Below, piece after piece: positions 10,826 through 20,989 of a stretch of 64,000 bases of DNA. Location: IMG/VR virus record IMGVR_UViG_3300033463_000008; one strand, 5' to 3'. Every line of letters starts with the position of its first letter. Position 1 is the first letter of the stretch. The stretch is from a virus (taxonomy: Duplodnaviria > Caudoviricetes). The position numbers and the translations under genes are program-made. Below the pieces are notes generated by a model that saw nothing but the letters and a program-made list of their open reading frames with translations, did not search any database and was not told the DNA's origin.

Positions 10826-11416
10826 ATGTATGATTTTGTAATAACCAAGAATATTGAAGATCTTGACCCGATTGAGGGTACACCGGAACAGAAGCAGGCT
10901 TTTATCGAAGGCGGACTTCTTCCTATTGCCGGCCCTGTCCAGACTGGCAACGAACAGATGGCAACCAAACGCATCGGCGTACAAGAACTGCTTGGTAACA
11001 TTTCCGGACAAGGCTCCGTAATGGTAGCCGAATCGGTCACAGACCTTACAGCCGACGATACGTTCGATCTGCATGAGGTTGAACATACCGGGACCCAAAT
11101 CACAATCAACGGGAGCAACGTCCAGCTTTCCCAGGGATGGTATCGTTATGAAGCAAGGGCAGACATCACATTCAACGGCCTCACTCCATTGAACGTATGT
11201 GAACCGCTTACCCTTCAAGCAAGCCCGTCCGGTAGACACCAGGCTACCATCAACTTCGATTTTTCATATGGACATAAGGAGCAGATAGCGCTTTCCGGGA
11301 TTATCCATAACCAGTCATCCAATGTCCTAAATTTCGGCCTGTCATTAAGCGGGCTCACGAATTCAGGGGCCACCGGGGTAACCGCCCACCTGTTTTTAAC
11401 GATTCAATCCACATAA
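10826..11416 (+). CDS. Hypothetical beta-rich virion protein
   Basis: GAGG RBS and late box upstream; all-beta-looking C-terminal half; terminator downstream. Confidence 0.75.
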   Translation: MYDFVITKNIEDLDPIEGTPEQKQAFIEGGLLPIAGPVQTGNEQMATKRIGVQELLGNISGQGSVMVAESVTDLTADDTFDLHEVEHTGTQITINGSNVQLSQGWYRYEARADITFNGLTPLNVCEPLTLQASPSGRHQATINFDFSYGHKEQIALSGIIHNQSSNVLNFGLSLSGLTNSGATGVTAHLFLTIQST

Positions 11417-11420
11417 CAGA

Positions 11421-11443
11421 AAACCCGGCGATTGACCGGGTTT
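11421..11443. terminator. Bidirectional intrinsic terminator
   Basis: aaacccgg-cgattga-ccgggttt between convergent genes. Confidence 0.75.
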
Positions 11444-11449
11444 ATTATT

Positions 11450-14400
11450 TTAGTCTTCTTTAAAGTTGCATGGCGGAATAATGTACGTTGGATGTGCCAT
11501 ATCCTTCCTGGGGAAATCAAACTGTCCCCACAGGACTGCATCGCCCATTGTACCGCCAGCACGGGACTGCACTCCCCCGTCAGCATATCCAGGAATATCT
11601 GTTCCGTCAAGGACAGAAACCGCAGGGCGCAAATGCTTCCTCACTGACCAGAAGTTTGCATGCGGCATGCCAGAGATGATAGACGGACCGGCGGAACGCC
11701 CGTTTGCATCGCAAGGGGCATTCAGTCCAAGACCGCCTTCAGACACCGGCATATACGGACGTTCAAGGCGCGGCATGGATACACGGCTCGTATAGAGGTC
11801 GGTGTTGTTCTCAAGCTCAATGGCATCCGGGTCCACTGGGGCATTTTCCACCAGCTTCGGTATAGCCACCGGGTTGATGTCCATCGGCGAATACTTGTAG
11901 TATGGATGCATGATAATATCCTTCCACTCGGTGATATTGCCACACAGCGACTCGGACCACACCCGAACACCATCAACAGTCGCTTCAAGGGCGTTTGCGC
12001 CATAAAGCGGGGTGAGATACGACATCGGGGCCTGACGGTAGTCAACGGTGTACCACCGGCCAGCCTGTGCCGAGAACTTGAACTTCATGAACACGCGAAC
12101 ATATCCGCTAGGGCCAGCAAATTCTCCAGTTCCCGTAAATGTCGCCTTGTTGCGCCATGTCTTGCGAGCCTTCACCGGAGGGGCGCTCCAATCCATATGG
12201 AGGGATGTTTCCATTTCAACCGCATTGAGGTTTACATCCAATGCATCTGCACTGGACGAGCGGGAAATGAAATTGTCATCGACAATATCACGGCGGGTTT
12301 CATCAGACATCGTGCATTCGTCTTCCGGCCACACCATGCGGGGAAGCAAAACCATGTCATTGTCCTGTTCCCAATTTATAGGTATAGCGACACGGGTGCC
12401 ATCCCAGAAACGTACCGGCATCCTGGCGCCAAACGGGCTAACCATCTTGCGTAACATGTCGGTGAGCGCGGTGGAACGGGCGGATTCCTCATCATAGAAC
12501 GGAAGGTTGGTTGCAGTGAAATCTACCGGGTTTTCAGAGGCATCGTTATAAGATGCCATAGGGTCTCCAGACAGGAATACCTTCTGCGCATCGGTCAGCT
12601 GAGGAATTGTATTCATATCGTCAAGTACCGGGATGGTATCGACCGAGAATACGTTTGCAGTTGCCGAATAGATGTCCATCCACTTCTGATAATCAGCACC
12701 GTCAACCAGATAGTCATACGGTGCCCGGAAATCATAATCCAGTCCAGTCTTCCAGTTGTCTACACTCACCTTCTGCAATTCAGCGACACGGTTCGCATCG
12801 TTGAACAACGGGTGGGTTGCGGCATCAGGATCACTTGCAACACGGGCGGAAATCACGCTGCGGTAAGCAAATGCGCGGTCATTCCCGAGCAATTTTACTT
12901 CACACGGTATTACTTCATGTCCATCCTTCGTTTCATAGTATGTATTACCATACTTGTCTCCAGCGAATCCTGCATGGTAACGGACACTTACAGTGTCATC
13001 GGCAAACGGATCTACGCCAATAATCGAATTTCCCGCTACAGACGTATCCTGCCCGGACACAAGCACATATTCAGGCAGGTGTCTAGCCTTGCTCAGCCAT
13101 GCAGCAGAGGAAATCTTGTTATCCTGCACATCGGTTGTAGGCTCAACGGCATCATCCCATGTTGAAAAATATACGGAAAGGTCTCCCGAAATGGGAGAGT
13201 CCGACACACGAATCTTGGACGCACGGCTAATCTTCGGAAGCTTGCCGCCATGGAACAGGCGCATCTTTCTAAAATCATCGGCGAACATTGCCACGGCCTT
13301 GCGAGCTTGGCGCACCGGGTTCGTGGCAGCACCATCCCAGGCTTCGCCATCAAATTCAATTCGCACCTGAGAACCAATGATGGACTTGTCGCTAGAACCG
13401 GCGAAATTGCATACGGAATACTTGACCGGCATAGTATCTGCCGTGAATCCATAACATGCATCGCCATACCCGAAGAAACTGAGCGTGTCAGGGAAATCAA
13501 TCAACTTGCGGTTGGAATTCCAAATCATTGCAGACACGGAGTTTTCACCAAGGTCCCATTCGTCCGTCATGAGCCTGTCAAGATGCTTCATCTTGTGACG
13601 ACCGACAAGCGCCCACGGGAAGGTATTTGTCACCGTAGGATAGACCGTAGCGACTATCTGTCGGGCATCGCCCACGCACACACCCTGACGGCCATCATCG
13701 GAATTAGGCGTCCGAGGCTTGATGAACTTGTTGAACTTGTCAAGGTCACCACCGGTCGGGCTGTCATCCCCAAGCGTAGTGTCAGTTCTGCTGTATAGGC
13801 CAAGCAAGTTGTCAGTTCCAGTCGACTTGTCTTCTTCATCCAGGTAAGCCACCCCGCAAATACGCATCTTCGTATCGCGAAGACGGGATGTGTATGGATA
13901 GCCTTCAAGACTCGAAATGACAATATGGCCAGGATCATTAACAGTGAGAACGCCAGACATATCGGTATATCTCGGGCAATTCAAACCGCCATCGAGAGTA
14001 AACCTGATTTCCGTCCTCGTTCCCATCGGCACCGGTTCACCGTCTTCCATGACCATGAACGGTTCAATGTCCGGATCGACAATTTCAATCTTGCCAGTTG
14101 AATAAGTGCGTTCCCCGGTCTGGGAACTTTCGCGCCACACCACTTCGGTATCGCTAAATTTCCAATGCCCGCTAAGGACAATGACTCGTGGGCTTGAAAC
14201 GTAGGCATAATATGCGCTTAGTTTCTGTGCATCCGTTCCATTGCCGTAACTGTCCGGACCCTGAACAACAGGCAACGAAACGGTCAACTCGATTTCATCG
14301 CCATCCTGGGTATCAATCGGAGCCGGAAGATGGACAAAAGTAGTCTTGAAGCTGGTATTGCCATCACTGTCGGCACTAAAGTCATTGTTCACACACAAAT

Positions 14401-15757
14401 GCACGCGGTTTGAAATGCTGTGCGCCTTTACTAGTTCACCCAAGCCTGAGCATTCAGGACATGAAAGACCTTCATATATCCCGGTACCGCCGCACATGGG
14501 ACAAGTCTCGGTAATGTCAAAGTTAAGACCGCCCAGCTTGCCGGATCCGGTCATGATGGGGGTTTTCAGCAGGGTAATGTTATTTTCGATATCACTGCCC
14601 GTAAATCTGCTAACCGGAGTAAACGGCCAATCCCTCGGCAGCTTGTCGTCACTGTCAGTCCGCTTCGTACCAATAGAAAATGTCGTAATGGGCGATTCCA
14701 CGGGAATGCCATCATTTTCCTTTGGGCGACGATGATAGGAACACATATTGCCATATGTGCATTCGCCGCTGCTAAAGCCGCCTAGACCAAAACCTTCGAC
14801 AGTTACCGAATCGCCCCCATTATGCGAATGTCCAAGTTCAACATCGCCGCACTCAACAAACCAGCGGGTCAGCTTGCCGGCACCTGCAAGGTCTCCCGGT
14901 TCAGACATCGGGTGAGTCGCATTGGCTATGATTTCACCGGCTTTTTCTTCAACATACTCCATTACTTCGCGGTCGCTATAACCATGGCGGATATGCCCGC
15001 ACACCTGGCTGTTATCAATCGACGCAGGGTCATTGTACGGATTTTCGCCATAAGGCAATTCGCTCGGGTCCATCTGCACATGGGCGATTGAAGCGAGCCT
15101 GACCCACGGCTCACCGTCACCGGTAACCTGGTATAGACCATTTTCGGCAGGATTCTTCTGTGCAGTAAGAAGCACATTCTTGCCGTCTACGTCCAAGACT
15201 ACATTTATGCGTCCCGCGCCAACACGGCCCGTAATCTTGCACCCGGCAACCATAGTAGTATCGAATACAGTATATCCGTCATCATCAAGTTCGGGATTGA
15301 GCACATTTACCGATGGTGCAAGTAAACCAGTTACCGAGTAATCTTCGTACCCGGCATTTCCAAACGTTATTGAGCCGACGGTTACCAACGCGCTTACAAT
15401 GTCACCGGACACTTTCACCCGGTAGGTCTTTGTTGCCGCATCGGTGCATTCCAGCAATTCAACAGGTATCCGAATTTCGGTCCCATCCAGCTCACCCACC
15501 GGTGAACCGATTTCAATATCGGCCTGGGTAGAAGCGCTTGGAGTGTCGATGCTGAAATTTTTAGACTGGGGAAATTCCGGATTTCCATTGGCAAGACATT
15601 CCTTGTCATCGTTGCATATGCCGATATCCGGGAAGCCAAGCGGATTCACAGGATAAACACCATGCACATCGGGAGTCGTTGCTGTTACAGGATCCAGGGA
15701 AGGCGATGTAACATATTCATGGATAGTGGTTTTATCCTTATGTACATACTCAGTCAT
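11450..15757 (-). CDS. Large tail/baseplate-associated protein with internal CxxCxGxG zinc finger
   Basis: VLLTAQKNPAENGLYQV motif typical of phage tail proteins; CPMCGGTG...CPECSGLG; GAGG RBS. Confidence 0.7.
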   Translation of the reverse strand: MTEYVHKDKTTIHEYVTSPSLDPVTATTPDVHGVYPVNPLGFPDIGICNDDKECLANGNPEFPQSKNFSIDTPSASTQADIEIGSPVGELDGTEIRIPVELLECTDAATKTYRVKVSGDIVSALVTVGSITFGNAGYEDYSVTGLLAPSVNVLNPELDDDGYTVFDTTMVAGCKITGRVGAGRINVVLDVDGKNVLLTAQKNPAENGLYQVTGDGEPWVRLASIAHVQMDPSELPYGENPYNDPASIDNSQVCGHIRHGYSDREVMEYVEEKAGEIIANATHPMSEPGDLAGAGKLTRWFVECGDVELGHSHNGGDSVTVEGFGLGGFSSGECTYGNMCSYHRRPKENDGIPVESPITTFSIGTKRTDSDDKLPRDWPFTPVSRFTGSDIENNITLLKTPIMTGSGKLGGLNFDITETCPMCGGTGIYEGLSCPECSGLGELVKAHSISNRVHLCVNNDFSADSDGNTSFKTTFVHLPAPIDTQDGDEIELTVSLPVVQGPDSYGNGTDAQKLSAYYAYVSSPRVIVLSGHWKFSDTEVVWRESSQTGERTYSTGKIEIVDPDIEPFMVMEDGEPVPMGTRTEIRFTLDGGLNCPRYTDMSGVLTVNDPGHIVISSLEGYPYTSRLRDTKMRICGVAYLDEEDKSTGTDNLLGLYSRTDTTLGDDSPTGGDLDKFNKFIKPRTPNSDDGRQGVCVGDARQIVATVYPTVTNTFPWALVGRHKMKHLDRLMTDEWDLGENSVSAMIWNSNRKLIDFPDTLSFFGYGDACYGFTADTMPVKYSVCNFAGSSDKSIIGSQVRIEFDGEAWDGAATNPVRQARKAVAMFADDFRKMRLFHGGKLPKISRASKIRVSDSPISGDLSVYFSTWDDAVEPTTDVQDNKISSAAWLSKARHLPEYVLVSGQDTSVAGNSIIGVDPFADDTVSVRYHAGFAGDKYGNTYYETKDGHEVIPCEVKLLGNDRAFAYRSVISARVASDPDAATHPLFNDANRVAELQKVSVDNWKTGLDYDFRAPYDYLVDGADYQKWMDIYSATANVFSVDTIPVLDDMNTIPQLTDAQKVFLSGDPMASYNDASENPVDFTATNLPFYDEESARSTALTDMLRKMVSPFGARMPVRFWDGTRVAIPINWEQDNDMVLLPRMVWPEDECTMSDETRRDIVDDNFISRSSSADALDVNLNAVEMETSLHMDWSAPPVKARKTWRNKATFTGTGEFAGPSGYVRVFMKFKFSAQAGRWYTVDYRQAPMSYLTPLYGANALEATVDGVRVWSESLCGNITEWKDIIMHPYYKYSPMDINPVAIPKLVENAPVDPDAIELENNTDLYTSRVSMPRLERPYMPVSEGGLGLNAPCDANGRSAGPSIISGMPHANFWSVRKHLRPAVSVLDGTDIPGYADGGVQSRAGGTMGDAVLWGQFDFPRKDMAHPTYIIPPCNFKED

Positions 15758-15765
15758 CAGTCCTC

Positions 15766-17670
15766 CTAATCCTCAATTCTGTTCCGGAAACTATCATCTA
15801 CCAGCACGGGCGACAGGTCAACACTAGAGAACGGATCCTGCACGAGCGGGAACCCTGCCGTTTCGACACCATATGTGTCATCGGAAGGCGTACTAGGATC
15901 GACAAAGCCGTTTGGACTCAGGAACACATGGTCGGGGAGCTGATAATAGTCGTAGGTCTTCCATGCCATGTCCTCAGCCGAATAAACGAATTTCGCCTTG
16001 ACGAGAACCGGACGGTTAGGCACTGCGATGTTCTCGGAGAACACGTAGAAATTCGTCAGTCTAGCCATGCTGAACTTTGCGATAGGAGCAGCATTGCAAT
16101 CCATGCGTTCGCGGCTAGGAATACTGTACACGTAAATCTGGGCCTTGTTGATAATGAGGTCAGCCGTTTCATGACCGTTGTATGCCGGATTCGGCCATAT
16201 ACGGAACAGGAATTCAAATGTGCGTCCGTTCTTCGGATACACCAGCTGTCCATCGACTACCGATTCAACAGGAAGGTAGATAATCAACCCCTGGTCAAGG
16301 TCAGGACCATCGTAATTTATAATGTTGCACTGCTTGCATGCAGGATTTGCATGGTCAAAAATCATCGACGCGCTGTAATTCTGCTTGTCCAGGACACCCT
16401 TCGATGTATCAGTCGAATACACGTGGTTTGCAGACCATTTTGGGGAAGTTCCCGGCCATTCAACATAATTGGCAGTGTCGAATATTGCAAGCCCGCCATT
16501 GTCCTCGGATGTTCCTCCAACAATGCGGACATTCGCCTTCGCTTCTATATCCGGCACATTGTCGGCAGTCCCATCGCTTGTCCGGAGAAGAACCAGCGAT
16601 TCGATGTCGGTCGTAGTAGTCCATCGAACTGCGTTAGTCTTGCTGAAGTCAGATGTAACAGGCAGAAGGATTACGGACGGATGCTGCCAGCCGTCATTGT
16701 AAACTCGTTCGGGAGCCGAATTTGCTTCGGTACGAATGTCATACGGAGGATATGGGTAGGCAGTATCTTCGCCGGTATAGACAAAGAATTCGGCATACTT
16801 GTAGTCAGTATCGGTATCATCCGGGTCATACAGATACACCTTGCCATGTTCCAGCGCCTTGCCTTCGGAATACACGTCGCAATAGTATTCCCAGCCGCTT
16901 GACGGGGAAGTTGGAACGGAACGGGTCACCGACCCGGTAGGGCGGTAAACCTTGTTTCCATAGACAGCAAACACGTATTCGATTGTCCTTCCGCCACGGT
17001 ATGCATTTATGCGGGAAAGGTCCCAGCGTTCAACCACGGTGGACGTGTTGGTTTCATTGATGCTTTCATCCTTGGCAATACTTGTGTTCACCCACCGTAG
17101 CGTGGAATACCCATTCTCCGGGAAATAAACGCGGAGGAACTGTCCGGGTATATAATCTGTGCTTGCCTTCACACCATTCATGATGCTAATAGGGCCGCGG
17201 CTACGGTCACTCTCCGACACATGTCCAAGCAATGTGTTGGTGCCGATGGACAGAACTTCCGTACGTTTTGTTTCATCATACAGAAACGCACTAAGGCACA
17301 GTTTCCATGTCGCGCCGCAACCTTCGTTTACAGTGATTCGGATATCGACCTTGTCGTTATTCGAGGGGTCTTCCGAAATCATTGCAGAAAGCGGCAAGCG
17401 CTGAATATACGAGTATGAACCCCGCCATGAGTACGGATCGGCTATGTTGCCCCCGTTACCCTCAGCGGCACGCTTGGTCGGGAAAGTATAATCGACTACC
17501 CCCGGTTCCGTATTGCACATGAGCCGGACCGTGACATCCTTCAGTTTGCTGTTATTCCATTCAACAAGACCATTCAGGATGGATTCGTAGTTAAACCTGG
17601 CCTTCGCCAAATCCGCAGTAAGATGTTCCAGCGGATTGATATCCCGAATGTTAAATTTCTGTGTACCCAT
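15766..17670 (-). CDS. Hypothetical virion structural protein
   Basis: 634-aa ORF translationally coupled within the tail operon. Confidence 0.7.
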   Translation of the reverse strand: MGTQKFNIRDINPLEHLTADLAKARFNYESILNGLVEWNNSKLKDVTVRLMCNTEPGVVDYTFPTKRAAEGNGGNIADPYSWRGSYSYIQRLPLSAMISEDPSNNDKVDIRITVNEGCGATWKLCLSAFLYDETKRTEVLSIGTNTLLGHVSESDRSRGPISIMNGVKASTDYIPGQFLRVYFPENGYSTLRWVNTSIAKDESINETNTSTVVERWDLSRINAYRGGRTIEYVFAVYGNKVYRPTGSVTRSVPTSPSSGWEYYCDVYSEGKALEHGKVYLYDPDDTDTDYKYAEFFVYTGEDTAYPYPPYDIRTEANSAPERVYNDGWQHPSVILLPVTSDFSKTNAVRWTTTTDIESLVLLRTSDGTADNVPDIEAKANVRIVGGTSEDNGGLAIFDTANYVEWPGTSPKWSANHVYSTDTSKGVLDKQNYSASMIFDHANPACKQCNIINYDGPDLDQGLIIYLPVESVVDGQLVYPKNGRTFEFLFRIWPNPAYNGHETADLIINKAQIYVYSIPSRERMDCNAAPIAKFSMARLTNFYVFSENIAVPNRPVLVKAKFVYSAEDMAWKTYDYYQLPDHVFLSPNGFVDPSTPSDDTYGVETAGFPLVQDPFSSVDLSPVLVDDSFRNRIED

Positions 17671-20600
17671 TAGTCAGCATCCTCGTTGTAGACCCCAGTA
17701 AGGGTAATGGACATTTTGGTTCCTTTGACCTGGTTTGGATTCTTGATTAGGAACTGTAACATGTTATTTGGGTTGTAATATGATCCCAGAATTCCCAACG
17801 GAGTGTTATTCAGCTTAGCCATCGTGCAGGTCACCGATACGCCCTGATGCCCAGCTCCGCTTAGCACGAAACTGTCGGAGATTCCAAGCGCTTCGAGCGG
17901 AGAGCTGTTTAGCACCAGCAACACTTCGGTATACTTGACCTGTGGCAAGATATCCACTGCAGGGAAGGCAATTTCCATTGAACATGCGACCACCGAACCA
18001 ATCCGCTTGATTGTAATATCAGTGAGGCTATATTCCGGTGCCCGCAAGGCAGGCATGGCATATACCAAGCCGGTAAGGACAGGCACTACGCTAAATGGAT
18101 GCGCATTGCGGGTAGTGTAACTGCCAAAGTATCCGGCCATGTCATTATCAATCGGGAGTTCGACATTTCCCATCACGAACGTTCCTCCATCGGTAGATGT
18201 TGGACGGCTGTATGTCCCGTCATCAGCCAATGCCCTATAGAACGTCCGGGAAACCGTGTTCATCTTAATTTGAACCGTCTTGTTCAGGCATGACTTGTCC
18301 AAATCAGACAGGTATGCAAGTTCTTCGGTCACATAGGTATCGCTTGGCATTACACCGCCGTTGCCGGTACCGGAAATGAACGAATTGATGACCTTCGGAT
18401 GCGGCGGGTTAGTAGCATCCTTATCGGCAACGGTCAAACCCGGAAGAGCAAGACATGCCACGTCATATCCAGGAACACCATCCGTGTTCACGTAAGCAAC
18501 CGCCGAGTTGATGATATGGAAAGCCCTGCCCTGGTTAGCATCCCAGGAACCGGTACGCTTTTCAGGAAGATTCAACCGGTTGGCGACAGGTGTCGCTCCG
18601 GCATTCCCTTCATTCACGCCAAAGAAGAAGCCGCTCTGTGCAATCACGTTCGGATAGTCTACACAATGCCCATTGGCGCCAAAGACATGCGTATAGTCAT
18701 TCTGTGCATTGTGATACACCCAGAAAGACCTTGCATCATCCGTCGTCGTGAGAGCGCCCCAGGTGTTACCTGTAAGAAGCAATCCCTTAAAAGTAGCTGC
18801 AATGTAGCCGCTATTGTAGAACGACATGTCATAGCTTTCATCAAGGTTCCGGATATCCATGCCATGTTCAGAATAAATCGCAACACCTTTATCACCAACG
18901 TCAGTACCGATGGGGCCCTGCTGGAGGAGGGAATCGTAGTTGCTGTCAGAACCTACGTAACTGGTGGCATTGATTATCACCGTACCCGCATTGCTTTCAA
19001 GACAGGCAGTAACATCATGTGTCTGCGACAAATAGCTCGAACCGGAACGCACGAATGTAAGATGGCTACTTTCAACGTCAACGCCGTTCCTATACAATCC
19101 AGATTCGACGCGGGTATCATTCACCCATGAATATCCGGTATATGTACCTTCGCCGCTATGCATCAGCCATGCGCCGCTTGCGACAAACATCGCATCGTAG
19201 TCGCGATACGGGATTCCCGCATAATCGCTGACACCAATGCTTGCGGAACGGCTTGCCGTCTGCATATAGCCGTAACCCGGAGCAACCGCAAGGCCGTTAC
19301 GCCTGAAGGAATCCGTACCGACATAGGACGAACCCGTACCGACCACAAACTTTGCATCGCGTTCACCACGGTTCATCTGGCCGACAACCGTCTGGTTGAC
19401 ACCGGCGGTGAACGTATTGTAGTTCAATGCTGTAGACGCTTCACCTGGATGCCATTCCTTGGGCGTCAGCGGTGTACCTGAATAGTTGATTTCACCAAGG
19501 GTCAAGCCGACGCGGCTGATGTAACCACCGGACACCAGCATCGAGTTGAGTGATTCGCCCTTCGGGATAGAACCGTCAAGCTGGACAAGGTAGTCGTCAT
19601 TTTGACGGGTGACCTTGACAACCTTAAAATACAGCGGCTTGTAGGCATATCCATCGACGGCAGTCGGGACAACGGAACCTGTCTCCACCTTTCTTGTCTG
19701 TGCATAGATGACGACATCATCGCCAGCCGCAATGTTGATGTGGTCGAAACCGTTTTCAGTAACGTACACATTTGAAATGCGTACAGTATCGCGACCACCG
19801 CCTTCAAGAACACTCTCGCCACCATCATTGATTATGCAGTTTCCGGTGACAGGATCCTTGATCACTTCGCAATCGACAACCTTGGGTGTCGAGTTATCCC
19901 CTTCGATGATAAACGGGTAGGTGTAATCGCCTGAAACCGTTTCGCGGTTTAATGCGGATGAATAAGGCCCGATTGCATGGACGGCATAATTGGCTGCAAA
20001 CGTATCCTCGCCGACAGTCGTATTTATGTAACCGCTTGCAACCATGGACTGCGGACCAATAGCCAATGCACGGACACCGCCAACAGTGGCAGAATCTGTG
20101 CCGTATGCAATGTTCAGCAGGCCACCGAGCGCGACGGAACGTTCACCGAGTGCATAAGTTTCATATCCAAAACTCATGCTGTATTTGGTTTCACCATAGT
20201 TTTCGAGACGCTGAACCGGGTTGCTGTGATACCCAAGTACAATACGGGGAGCAGTCACTTCAATGGATTCATCAATATCCCACACCCAGCTTTTGCCACC
20301 GCCAACATGTTCCTCGCCATCCCCGGGCATGCCGGTAATCGCGAGCTTGTTGTAGCCACTAGGGAACAGGTAGGTTTCGTACTGGGAAAAACTCTTGGTT
20401 GACAAGTCCGCATCATAAAGCGGGGTACGCAGGTTAAGCGGAATCGGGGCGCTGTTCGTCACCAGCTTTGGCGATGACGAATTCCGGATGAGGTCCAGCC
20501 AAAAGTCCGTGCCTTCCTCGTCCTTGTTTGTGGAAACAAGATAAAGTATCTTGGAGTGAGTGACGATAGACTTGGTCACAGACTGGTCATCGCCGGTCCA

Positions 20601-20882
20601 TTTCGCGTCGCACCGGGCAACGATATCATCAAATTCTTCCTGCTTATTGGTGAACGGCTCATACCCATACGAACCATTCGCCCAGCACTGGTAGAAGTCG
20701 TAAAGACGGAAGATGTCCGCCCGTGTCAGGGTAAGTTCCTTCCCATAGCGCCGGACCGTATATCCATTGGATGAACCGGCTGCAATGCACGAGCGTACCA
20801 GTGCATTCAACACGGCGCGTGAATTGTAAGTTAGCGCATCAATCTGCTTGGTCAACTTGTACATCGTATCCATTGTATCCAT
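17670..20882 (-). CDS. Tail fibre/spike protein with YadA-head-like repeats
   Basis: ALGERSVALGG / AYGTDSATVGG / AIGPQSMVASG / AIGPYSSALN repeats; QTVVGQMN..FVVGTG motif. Confidence 0.65.
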   Translation of the reverse strand: MDTMDTMYKLTKQIDALTYNSRAVLNALVRSCIAAGSSNGYTVRRYGKELTLTRADIFRLYDFYQCWANGSYGYEPFTNKQEEFDDIVARCDAKWTGDDQSVTKSIVTHSKILYLVSTNKDEEGTDFWLDLIRNSSSPKLVTNSAPIPLNLRTPLYDADLSTKSFSQYETYLFPSGYNKLAITGMPGDGEEHVGGGKSWVWDIDESIEVTAPRIVLGYHSNPVQRLENYGETKYSMSFGYETYALGERSVALGGLLNIAYGTDSATVGGVRALAIGPQSMVASGYINTTVGEDTFAANYAVHAIGPYSSALNRETVSGDYTYPFIIEGDNSTPKVVDCEVIKDPVTGNCIINDGGESVLEGGGRDTVRISNVYVTENGFDHINIAAGDDVVIYAQTRKVETGSVVPTAVDGYAYKPLYFKVVKVTRQNDDYLVQLDGSIPKGESLNSMLVSGGYISRVGLTLGEINYSGTPLTPKEWHPGEASTALNYNTFTAGVNQTVVGQMNRGERDAKFVVGTGSSYVGTDSFRRNGLAVAPGYGYMQTASRSASIGVSDYAGIPYRDYDAMFVASGAWLMHSGEGTYTGYSWVNDTRVESGLYRNGVDVESSHLTFVRSGSSYLSQTHDVTACLESNAGTVIINATSYVGSDSNYDSLLQQGPIGTDVGDKGVAIYSEHGMDIRNLDESYDMSFYNSGYIAATFKGLLLTGNTWGALTTTDDARSFWVYHNAQNDYTHVFGANGHCVDYPNVIAQSGFFFGVNEGNAGATPVANRLNLPEKRTGSWDANQGRAFHIINSAVAYVNTDGVPGYDVACLALPGLTVADKDATNPPHPKVINSFISGTGNGGVMPSDTYVTEELAYLSDLDKSCLNKTVQIKMNTVSRTFYRALADDGTYSRPTSTDGGTFVMGNVELPIDNDMAGYFGSYTTRNAHPFSVVPVLTGLVYAMPALRAPEYSLTDITIKRIGSVVACSMEIAFPAVDILPQVKYTEVLLVLNSSPLEALGISDSFVLSGAGHQGVSVTCTMAKLNNTPLGILGSYYNPNNMLQFLIKNPNQVKGTKMSITLTGVYNEDAD

Positions 20883-20906
20883 CGGTAACCACCATTAGAT
20901 TCTATG

Positions 20907-20946
20907 AAAAACGCCCACATGCGAGCCTTCCGACCGTCATGTGGGC
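20907..20946 (-). terminator. Stem-loop with U-tract (terminator or leader structure)
   Basis: GCCCACATG-16nt-CATGTGGGC followed by GTTTTTC on the minus strand. Confidence 0.65.
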
Positions 20947-20967
20947 ATATTTTGACTCTCGGTCTAC

Positions 20968-20975
20968 AGCTTATA
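20968..20975 (-). promoter_or_regulatory. Late box variant TATAAGCT
   Basis: One-base variant of the recurring octamer, upstream of the 20882-11450 tail operon. Confidence 0.65.
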
Positions 20976-20989
20976 AGATTTTAGACCCC

